NCBI GenBank assembly: GCA_963744355.1
Contig: CAVUTE010000004.1
Span: 641,565-705,564, forward strand
DNA: 64,000 nt
Direction of reading: 5' to 3'
DNA from: an uncultured Actinomycetes bacterium
GTDB lineage: Bacteria; Actinomycetota; Thermoleophilia; Gaiellales; Gaiellaceae
Part shown: positions 35,742 to 42,998 of the stretch, in pieces
How positions within the stretch are numbered: the first letter of the stretch is position 1
Layout of the letters: each line of letters begins with the position of its first letter
The notes under the pieces: model-generated
Seen by the model: only the letters and a program-made list of their open reading frames with translations
What the model was told of the DNA's origin: nothing
The model's database searches: none
Translations under genes and position numbers: made by a program

Positions 35742-37249
35742 ATCAGACCCTTCGTCGACGGCAGCACGTCGCTCTCGCTGCGGATGGCCGCGCGCAACGC
35801 ACGCCCCGTCGCCTTGTACGCCGCCTCGGCGACGTGATGCGCGTCGTCGCCCATCGACTCGACGTGCAAGCCGATGCGTGCGTTGTTCGCGAAGCTCGCC
35901 AGCACGTGCGCGGCAAGGCCGACGGCGGGATCGATGACGATCTTCGTATGCGGGCGGCCACCGAGATCGACGGCGGCGGTCGCTCGCGCGTCGTCCATGA
36001 CCACGACCGCATCGCCGTAGCGCGCGATTCCCCTGCGGTCGCCGAGCGCGCGGTCGAACGCCTCGCCGAGCGCGATGGCGGAGTCCTCGGCGGTGTGGTG
36101 ATTGCCCGTCTCGAGGTCGCCGCTCGCCTCGAGCACGAGGTCGAAGCCGGCGTGGAACGCCAGCTGCTCGAGGAAGTGGTCGTACAGCCCCGTGCCCGTC
36201 CCGACGCGCACGCGGCTGGCGCCGTCGAGCGCGAGGCGGATGCGCACCGTCGTCTCGACGGTCGTTCGCACGTGACGGACGCGCCGCTTCTGCGCGGTGA
36301 GCTCGCCGGCGAGCGCGGCGAGGAGGAGGTCGTCGTCCTCGCGGTCGCGCACGGAGATGCGGACGGCGTCCTCGAACACGCGCACGACGCAGCCGGCGGC
36401 GAGCAGCGTGGCCGCGACCGCGGCCGGATTCGCTACTGGGACGTAGACGAAGTTCGCACGCGACGGCAGAGGCTCGAAGCCGAGCCCGCGTAGCTCCGCG
36501 GCGAGGCGTTCGCGCTCCGCGATGATCGGCGCCGGATCCGGCGGCGACGCGAGCCCGGCAAGTGCGAGCGCGACCGAAAGCGATGACACGGGGTCCGGCG
36601 CCTGCCGCGCGTTCAATTCGGCAGCGACGTCTCGCGACGCGAGCGCGTAGCCGATGCGCGCGCCCGCGAGCGCGAAGATCTTCGAGAACGTCCGGAGGAC
36701 GATGACGCCGTCGTCGATCAGCCCGGCTGCACCGGGATCGTTCGCGTACTCGAAGTACGCCTCGTCGACGACGAGCGGGCGCGCGGACGGGAGCGGATCG
36801 AGCGCGCCGGTCGGGTTACCGGGCCGGCACGCGAACGTGAGCACGGGCGCCTCGTCGCCGACTTCCGCACCCGCGAGCTGCGCGGCGACGCGGAACAGCG
36901 GATACGTCGGCGAGGCCGGGATCGCGACCGTGTCACCCGGGCCGGCGAACGAACGCGCCACGAGCATGATGAGGTCGTCCGCGCCGGCGCCGACAACGAC
37001 GTTCTCGGGCTCGACGCCCGCGTATTCGGCGATCGCCTCGCGGATGAACGGGTGGCCGCCGTGCGCGTATTCGTTCACGCGCGCGAGCGCCGACGCGATC
37101 GCCGCGGCGCGCGAGCTCGGAAGCGGCAGCGGTGGGACGTTGCCGTCGAAGCGGACGATCTGCACCGGGTCGAGCCCCGCGCGGCGCGCGAGCTCGGCCG
37201 TCGACGGCGCCCACTGGTACTGCGCGAACTCGGACGAGAGCGCTCTCAT
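35738..37249 (-). CDS. hisCB: fused histidinol-phosphate aminotransferase / imidazoleglycerol-phosphate dehydratase
   Basis: One uninterrupted frame from ATG 37249. HisC part has LRTFSKIFALAGARIGYA (PLP Lys). Linker is ...LAGELTAQKRRVRH. HisB part from about 36271 has VRTTVETTVRIRLALDG, NHHTAEDSAIALG, GDDAHHVAEAAYKA. Confidence 0.85.
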   Translation of the reverse strand: MRALSSEFAQYQWAPSTAELARRAGLDPVQIVRFDGNVPPLPLPSSRAAAIASALARVNEYAHGGHPFIREAIAEYAGVEPENVVVGAGADDLIMLVARSFAGPGDTVAIPASPTYPLFRVAAQLAGAEVGDEAPVLTFACRPGNPTGALDPLPSARPLVVDEAYFEYANDPGAAGLIDDGVIVLRTFSKIFALAGARIGYALASRDVAAELNARQAPDPVSSLSVALALAGLASPPDPAPIIAERERLAAELRGLGFEPLPSRANFVYVPVANPAAVAATLLAAGCVVRVFEDAVRISVRDREDDDLLLAALAGELTAQKRRVRHVRTTVETTVRIRLALDGASRVRVGTGTGLYDHFLEQLAFHAGFDLVLEASGDLETGNHHTAEDSAIALGEAFDRALGDRRGIARYGDAVVVMDDARATAAVDLGGRPHTKIVIDPAVGLAAHVLASFANNARIGLHVESMGDDAHHVAEAAYKATGRALRAAIRSESDVLPSTKGLM

Positions 37250-38220
37250 CGCTGCACCGCCTCGGCGTGCGCAGGCAATCCCTCGATGGCGGCGAGCGCC
37301 TCCACCGTCGGCCGCACGCGCGCGAGCCCTTCCTCCGTGAGCCGCTGGATGGTGATCGGCTTGAGGAACGCCTCCAGGCCGAGGCCGCCGACCCGGCGCG
37401 CCCAGCCTCCGGTCGGGAGAACGTGATTCGCGCCGGTACCGAGATCGCCGCTCGCCACCGGCGACCACTCGCCGACGAAGACGGCGCCGGCGTTGCGCAC
37501 CTGCGGTGCGAGCGCCTCCGCGTCGCCGAGCAACACGAGATGCTCGGGCGCGAGCGCCTCGGCCTCTTCCAGCGTGGAGACGATGCGGCAGACGGCCTCG
37601 TGCCCGTGCTCGGCCTGTGCCGCGACCTCGAGCTCGGCGAGCCGACGGTCGCCGCCCGCGCCGAGCACGACCACGACCTCCGACGGCCCCGCAGGCAGGT
37701 CGATGGCGACGTCGCGCGCGACTGCGAGCTTCGCGTCGTTCACGTACGGACCGCCCGGTCCGACGATCTTGTCCACGCGCTCGACGTACGCGAGGTAGCC
37801 GATCGCCTGCGGCCCGCCGAGCGCCCACACCTCGTCGATGCCGAGCAGCTCCGCGGCTCGCGCGACAAGGCCCGCGCCTTCGGGCGGCGTGCAGACGACG
37901 AGCCGACGCACACCCGCGACCTGCGCGGGCACCGCGCACATGACGAGCGTCGAAACGAGGCCGCGCGGCACGTACACGCCGACGGAGTCGAGCGGGACCC
38001 AGCGGCGCTCGAGCTCGACGCCGGGCTCGACCTCGAGCCGCACGTCGGCCGGCCGCTGCACCTCGTGCCAGCGGCGAACACGATCGGCAAGTGCGAGCAC
38101 CGCCTCTTCCGGAAGGTCGGCCGACGGCTCCGCACGTGCGGGCTCGACGCCGTCGAGCCGCAGTGCCCACTCGCGCACCGCAGCGGCCCCGCGTGCCTTG
38201 ACGTCCTCGACGATGTTCAT
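37246..38220 (-). CDS. hisD: histidinol dehydrogenase (unusually compact, 324 aa)
   Basis: ORF trimmed to ATG 38220, which overlaps the hisG stop (ATGA). VGVYVPRG, AAQAEHG, LAPEHLVL, SGDLGTGANHVLPTGG, IEGLPAHAEAV. Confidence 0.85.
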   Translation of the reverse strand: MNIVEDVKARGAAAVREWALRLDGVEPARAEPSADLPEEAVLALADRVRRWHEVQRPADVRLEVEPGVELERRWVPLDSVGVYVPRGLVSTLVMCAVPAQVAGVRRLVVCTPPEGAGLVARAAELLGIDEVWALGGPQAIGYLAYVERVDKIVGPGGPYVNDAKLAVARDVAIDLPAGPSEVVVVLGAGGDRRLAELEVAAQAEHGHEAVCRIVSTLEEAEALAPEHLVLLGDAEALAPQVRNAGAVFVGEWSPVASGDLGTGANHVLPTGGWARRVGGLGLEAFLKPITIQRLTEEGLARVRPTVEALAAIEGLPAHAEAVQR

Positions 38221-39104
38221 CCGAGCATCCGTTCGACGGGGACAATCAGGATCGACGACGCGCCCGCCGCCTCGAGCTCTGGGAGCAAGCGCCAGATGTC
38301 GGCGGCCGGCACGAGGCTGTGCACCGCCACCATCCCCGGTTCTGAGAGCGGCAGCACGCTCGGCGCGCGGGATCCCGGTACGAGCGCGCAGATCGCGTCG
38401 ATCGCATCCTCTGGCGCGTTCAGCATGAGGTAGCGCGTCCCGCGCGCGTCGACGACGCTGCGGAAGACGCCGGCGAGCTGCACCGCCTCGGCACACGGTT
38501 CCATTGGGCCGATGAGCACCGCCTCGGACTCGAGCAGCACGCCGATCGACCGGAGGCCATTCGTGCGCAGCGTGCTTCCACTCGAGACGAGATCGACAAT
38601 TGCGTCGGCGAGTCCGAGTCGCGGCGCGAGCTCGACGGAGCCGTGCACGTCGACGAGCGTGATCGGCACAGGCAGCAGATCCTGTGCGAGCCGCGGGAAG
38701 CTCGTCGCGATGCGCGCGCCGGTGAGGTCGTCGGGCGAAGCGAACGCCGACTCCTCCGGCACCGCGGCCTCGAGCGTGCACGCGCCGAAGCCGAGGCGCT
38801 GCAGCTCCCTGACGGTCGCACCGCGCTCGCGCACGATGTCGAGGCCCGTGATTCCACAGTCGACGACGCCGTCCTGCACATACTCGGGAATGTCGTCGGC
38901 GCGCACGAGCAGCGCCTCGACCGGTGCGTTGCGGCAGGGGAACGCGAGCGCGCGGTCGCCGGGCGTTTCCGGCCCGAGGCCGGCGTCCTCGAGCAGCGCG
39001 ATCGCGGGATCGCGCAGCCGGCCCTTCGACGGGACCGCGATCCTCAGGACTTTCGCCGCCGCTGGAGCGCCAGCCGGTAGCCGCCCTCGCCACGTCGCAG
39101 CCAC
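38217..39104 (-). CDS. hisG: ATP phosphoribosyltransferase (long form)
   Basis: LRIAVPSKGRL, DIPEYVQDGVVDCGITGLD, DLVSSGSTLRTNGL, plus a C-terminal regulatory domain. The nearest canonical start is GTG 39104, 19 codons before LRIAVP. CTG 39047, overlapping the yerC-like stop, is the alternative. Confidence 0.85.
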   Translation of the reverse strand: MAATWRGRLPAGAPAAAKVLRIAVPSKGRLRDPAIALLEDAGLGPETPGDRALAFPCRNAPVEALLVRADDIPEYVQDGVVDCGITGLDIVRERGATVRELQRLGFGACTLEAAVPEESAFASPDDLTGARIATSFPRLAQDLLPVPITLVDVHGSVELAPRLGLADAIVDLVSSGSTLRTNGLRSIGVLLESEAVLIGPMEPCAEAVQLAGVFRSVVDARGTRYLMLNAPEDAIDAICALVPGSRAPSVLPLSEPGMVAVHSLVPAADIWRLLPELEAAGASSILIVPVERMLG

Positions 39105-39346
39105 TGGGCCACGCGCGTCACCGTCGTCGTCGAAGCGTGCGCGCGCCGCGCGACCTCGAGGTACGGGAGTCCCTCGTCCAGGAGGCGCGCCACCTGCCAA
39201 CGGTGCGCCATCGCGTCCAGCTCCGCGCGCGTGCAGAGATCCCGCAGGAAGCTCTGGGCTTCCTCCTTCGTCTTCAGCGACGCGACCGTCTCGAAGAGGT
39301 CTCGGTGCTCTCTGGTCGGCCAATGTCGGGGCTCCGTAGCTGCCAT
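39044..39346 (-). CDS. TrpR/YerC/YecD-family small DNA-binding protein
   Basis: 100 aa. LFETVASLKTKEEAQSFLRDLCTRAELDAMAHRWQVARLLDEGLPYLEVARRAHASTTTVTRVAQWL. First gene of the his operon. Confidence 0.7.
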   Translation of the reverse strand: MAATEPRHWPTREHRDLFETVASLKTKEEAQSFLRDLCTRAELDAMAHRWQVARLLDEGLPYLEVARRAHASTTTVTRVAQWLRRGEGGYRLALQRRRKS

Positions 39347-39351
39347 CGTGT

Positions 39352-39357
39352 TAGCAT
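39352..39357 (+). promoter_or_regulatory. -10-like hexamer TAGCAT, 6 nt upstream of the hisA ATG (candidate leaderless promoter)
   Basis: TAGCAT-ggtaac-ATG within the 17-nt divergent spacer 39347..39363. Confidence 0.4.
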
Positions 39358-39363
39358 GGTAAC

Positions 39364-40047
39364 ATGGTGAACAGCGGCTTTCAAATTCTCCCGGCCGTGG
39401 ACGTGCTCGACGGCCGGGCCGTACGGCTCGAACGTGGGGACTTCGACGCCGTGACTCGCGAGGCCGGCGACCCGATCGAGCTCGCTTGCCGCTTTGCCGC
39501 TACCGCTCCTCCCCTGCTCCACGTGGTCGTGCTCGACGCAGCCCGCGCGGGCGGTGCCCCGATCGACCTTGCGCGACGCCTGGCGACGGCGGTTGCGCCG
39601 GTTCCCGTCCAGCTCGGCGGCGGCGTGCGCAGCCCCGACGACGCGCGCGCGCTCGTCGCCGCAGGCATCGAACGCGTCATCGTCGGAACGGCGGCGTTCG
39701 AGCAGGGGCCCGAACCCTATGTCGAGGTGCTCGGCGCACGGCTGGTCGTGGCCGTCGACGTCCGCGACGGTGAGGTGCGCACGCGCGGATGGGAGCACGG
39801 CAGCGGCCTCACGGTCGACGAAGCGGTCGATCGCTGCCGCGCCGCCGGGGTCGCGCGTCTTCTCTGTACTGCCGTCGACCGCGACGGAACGCTTGGCGGC
39901 CCCGATCTCGCACTGATGGAACGCGTCGCCGGCCGCTTTGGCGGCCCAGTGCTGGCCGCGGGCGGCGTCCGGTCGCAGGAGGATCTCGACGCGCTGGCCG
40001 CGCTCGGCCTCGAAGGCGCGGTCGTCGGGCGCGCGCTACTCGAGTAG
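39364..40047 (+). CDS. hisA: ProFAR isomerase HisA (possibly PriA-type)
   Basis: 227 aa. ILPAVDVLDGRAVRLERGD, LGGGVRS, AVDRDGTLGGPD, AAGGVRS. Confidence 0.9.
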   Translation: MVNSGFQILPAVDVLDGRAVRLERGDFDAVTREAGDPIELACRFAATAPPLLHVVVLDAARAGGAPIDLARRLATAVAPVPVQLGGGVRSPDDARALVAAGIERVIVGTAAFEQGPEPYVEVLGARLVVAVDVRDGEVRTRGWEHGSGLTVDEAVDRCRAAGVARLLCTAVDRDGTLGGPDLALMERVAGRFGGPVLAAGGVRSQEDLDALAALGLEGAVVGRALLE

Positions 40048-40914
40048 CCGCAGCTCGAGGATGTGCGACGCGTCGAAGCCCTGGATGCGCAGAAGCGCGC
40101 CCGCTGCCGCGATCGCCGCGCCGGCGGGCATGAGCCCGACGAGCTCGGCGCCGGCGAGCTCGACGTCCCGCGCTGCCGCCTCGCGCTCGATGGCGGCGAC
40201 GATGTCGTGCAGCGCGGCGGCCTCCCAGTCCTCGACGTTCATGCTGATCTGCGCGTGCCCGGCAAGCGGCAGGTCGAGGCCAAGCGCGCGCACGCCGCGG
40301 AAGCCGCCGTCGCGCTCGCGGATCGTGCGGGCTATCGCGCTCGCCGCTTCGACGTCGGCGTGTGCGAGGTTCACGTTGAACGCGATGAGCGGGCGACGCG
40401 CGCCGACGATGACGCCGCCTGCCGAGGGATGCAGCTGCGACGGGCCGAAGTCGGGCGCGAGCTCACCGGCGCCGATGCGGCGCTGAAGCTCCTCCGGACC
40501 GCCGCGACGGAAGAAGGCGGGGCCGCGGCCGTCGCCGATCTCGCCGTACAGGAAGACGGGCAGCCCGAGCTCCTCGCCGATCCGCCACGCGGCGAAGCGC
40601 GCCGTCTCACGCGCGAGCTCTGCGTCCTCACGCCGGATCGCGACGACCGGAACGACGTCGGCGACACCGATGCGCGGATGCACGCCTTCGTGCTCGCGCA
40701 GGTCGATCCGCTCTTGCGCGACCGCGATGCCGGCCAGCAGCGCGTCCACAATCTGCGCCTCGTCTCCCGCAAGCGTGTAGACGGATCGGTTGTGATCCGC
40801 GTCGGAGTGGACGTCGAGGAGCTTTGCGAAGCGCGCGAGCTCCGTCCCGATGTCGGCGATGACGAGGCGGTCACGGCCCTCGGAGAAGTTCGGGACGCTC
40901 TCGAGCGGCAGCAC
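40036..40914 (-). CDS. glutamate formimidoyltransferase (FtcD N-terminal-type)
   Basis: 292 aa. LESVPNFSEGRD, HNRSVYT, GVHPRIGVADVVP. Would complete the HutH-HutU-HutI pathway. The 3-prime end overlaps hisA by 12 nt. Confidence 0.85.
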   Translation of the reverse strand: MLPLESVPNFSEGRDRLVIADIGTELARFAKLLDVHSDADHNRSVYTLAGDEAQIVDALLAGIAVAQERIDLREHEGVHPRIGVADVVPVVAIRREDAELARETARFAAWRIGEELGLPVFLYGEIGDGRGPAFFRRGGPEELQRRIGAGELAPDFGPSQLHPSAGGVIVGARRPLIAFNVNLAHADVEAASAIARTIRERDGGFRGVRALGLDLPLAGHAQISMNVEDWEAAALHDIVAAIEREAAARDVELAGAELVGLMPAGAAIAAAGALLRIQGFDASHILELRLLE

Positions 40915-40923
40915 GCGCAGAGA

Positions 40924-41403
40924 CTACGCCTGCAGGAACGGCGCGCAGTCCTCGCACACGCTCGGCGGGACGATCCCGAGGCGCATGCCGAGGTAGAAGG
41001 CCTTGCAGCCAACGCAGAGGCCGAAGCCGGACTCGAGCGACGCGAACAGCGCGATCACGCCCGCGAGGGCGAGCGCTGCCGTGTGCTGGCCGGCGGCGTA
41101 CCAGAGAAGGGTCGCCGTCACCGTGAAGACGGCGCCGATCGTCTGAGCGAAACGCTTGGCCGGCCCGGGCGAGTACCGGTGCGTGACGTGGAGGCGCGGC
41201 GTGACGACGCGTGTCGCCACGAAGGCGAGCGGGCTCAGCTTCGGCCCGGTGAGCGCGCGGGCGACGAACCCATACGCGAGCACCGGCAGGATCCAACCCT
41301 GCTGGAATGCGATCGCCACCACGGCGAGGACGGCAACGACGCCGGCGACGAGCCGCGCGGACGTTTCGTTGACAGGGTTCGGAAACGAGAAGAGACCGCG
41401 CAC
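40924..41403 (-). CDS. DUF4395-like membrane protein
   Basis: 159 aa. Four TM segments and the C-terminal GFGLCVGCKAFY...VCEDC motif. Confidence 0.6.
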   Translation of the reverse strand: MRGLFSFPNPVNETSARLVAGVVAVLAVVAIAFQQGWILPVLAYGFVARALTGPKLSPLAFVATRVVTPRLHVTHRYSPGPAKRFAQTIGAVFTVTATLLWYAAGQHTAALALAGVIALFASLESGFGLCVGCKAFYLGMRLGIVPPSVCEDCAPFLQA

Positions 41404-41601
41404 TTAGTACAAGTGCAGCACACGGCGCCATATCGACGCGGCCTCGCGGCGTTCGGCCCGAGCGCGCTTAGCCGCGATGATCCTGCCGTGGTACGCCATC
41501 CGCTCGAGCAGGAGCTTCCCACTCGGGCTGTTACGGACTTCCTCCTCCGCCTGCTCGCGCCGTCTACGGCTCTTCTCGTTCTTCTCCGTCATCGTCCTCA
41601 A
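41404..41601 (-). CDS. hypothetical small Arg/Glu-rich protein
   Basis: 65-aa ORF (alternative ATG 41592). Its TAA stop abuts the GTG of the next gene. Lower-GC sequence and no family recognised. Confidence 0.3.
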   Translation of the reverse strand: MRTMTEKNEKSRRRREQAEEEVRNSPSGKLLLERMAYHGRIIAAKRARAERREAASIWRRVLHLY

Positions 41602-41761
41602 GAATTCTACGAATGTCGACCAGCTCTGCGTGGATGTTGAACAACGCAGTCAGCGCAGCGTTGACGTCCTCTTGCTCAACGGCTGACCTCCACGGCCAAC
41701 GCACGACGCCAGACTTGCTTCTCCGAATCCTCGGCGCAAGGCGCTCCTTGAGACACGTCCA

Positions 41762-42364
41762 ATGACGACACGCAAGTCCAGCTACCGCGCTATCGCATCG
41801 CTCCAACGCGATCTGGCGCGTTGCCGCGCGTGCGCGGAAGCCGGCTATCCGCTCGAGTCGCTGCCCGTGCGCGCGCCGTTCGCGAATCAACATGCGTATC
41901 TGTATGGCCAAGCGCCCGGCATCGTTGAAGGCGAGGAGCGCCTGCCGTGGCGCGGCCGTGCCGGACAGACGCTCCGCCGCTGGCTCGAGCTGGACGAGGA
42001 CACGTTCTACGCGACGTTTTACTGCGCATCGGTGACGCGCTGCTACTCGGGCCGCCCGGTATCCGGGCGCGGCGACCGAACGCCGACGCCGCGCGAACAG
42101 GAGCTGTGCTCCTTCTGGCGCCACTGGGAGTTGGAGCTCCTCCGCCCGCGTCTGATCCTGACCGTGGGCGGTCTCGCGCTGCGCGCGCTCCTCGGCCCGT
42201 CCTCGCTGACCGAGTGCATCGGTGAGCGCCACGAGCTGGACGGAGTGCCGGTCATACCGCTCCCCCATCCCTCCGGCGCGAGCAGCTGGCCGAACGTGCC
42301 GGCCAATCGCAAGCGCCTCGACACCGCGCTATCGCTCATCAAGGTCGAGCTCCAGCGCCTTTAG
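41762..42364 (+). CDS. uracil-DNA glycosylase superfamily protein
   Basis: 200 aa. LARCRAC, GQAPG motif, LPHPSGAS motif. Confidence 0.7.
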   Translation: MTTRKSSYRAIASLQRDLARCRACAEAGYPLESLPVRAPFANQHAYLYGQAPGIVEGEERLPWRGRAGQTLRRWLELDEDTFYATFYCASVTRCYSGRPVSGRGDRTPTPREQELCSFWRHWELELLRPRLILTVGGLALRALLGPSSLTECIGERHELDGVPVIPLPHPSGASSWPNVPANRKRLDTALSLIKVELQRL

Positions 42365-42980
42365 CGACGAACCAGCCGCGCTCGCGGTTGAGCCAGCGAT
42401 CGAACGAGAGGCCACACTCGGCGAGCGCTGTGTCGAGCTCGGTCTGATTGGCGAAGACGCGCATCGCGAACGCATGCGTCCAGCTGTGCCCATGCGCTTC
42501 GTACTCGGCAATGCCGTAGACGACGCCGCCTTCGATCCGGTCGACGCGCGTAGACGTCGTTACATCGCCGAGCGCCGCCTCGCCTTCCTTCGGAGTCCAG
42601 CCGAGAGGGAGCGTCTCGATCAGGACGACGTCCGCGTGCCGGCGACAAGTCTCGAGGAACGCCCGCCTTTGCGGAGGCTCGGTGCTCATGAGGTTGCTTG
42701 CGAGGAGAACCGCATCGAATCGGCGACCGAGATCGAGGCCCTCGATCCGTGTACACACCCTCTCGGCGTCGCGAACGTGCTCGAGCATCTCAGCTGACTC
42801 ATCGACGGCGGTCACCTGAAAGCCACGGGCGACGAGCTGGCGCGTAATCCGCCCCGTTCCGCAACCGAGCTCGAGGATCGTGGCCGGCGGTGGGAACGCT
42901 GCGGCGACGATCTCGCCCTCTCCCCGGTTGGGCAAGAGCGCGTAAAGGTCGACCGGGCTACCGTCGTCCGCTGTAACCAC
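42339..42980 (-). CDS. class I SAM-dependent methyltransferase
   Basis: C-terminal 213 aa of the 828-aa ORF, from GTG 42980. ILELGCGTGRITRQLVARG. The rest of the ORF is antisense to the ABC gene. Confidence 0.75.
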   Translation of the reverse strand: MVTADDGSPVDLYALLPNRGEGEIVAAAFPPPATILELGCGTGRITRQLVARGFQVTAVDESAEMLEHVRDAERVCTRIEGLDLGRRFDAVLLASNLMSTEPPQRRAFLETCRRHADVVLIETLPLGWTPKEGEAALGDVTTSTRVDRIEGGVVYGIAEYEAHGHSWTHAFAMRVFANQTELDTALAECGLSFDRWLNRERGWFVAKGAGARP

Positions 42981-42985
42981 GCCGA

Positions 42986-42991
42986 TACCCT
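42986..42991 (+). promoter_or_regulatory. -10-like hexamer TACCCT, 7 nt upstream of GTG 42999 (candidate leaderless promoter)
   Basis: TACCCT-gacaaat-GTG. The divergent spacer is only 18 nt. Confidence 0.4.
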
Positions 42992-42998
42992 GACAAAT

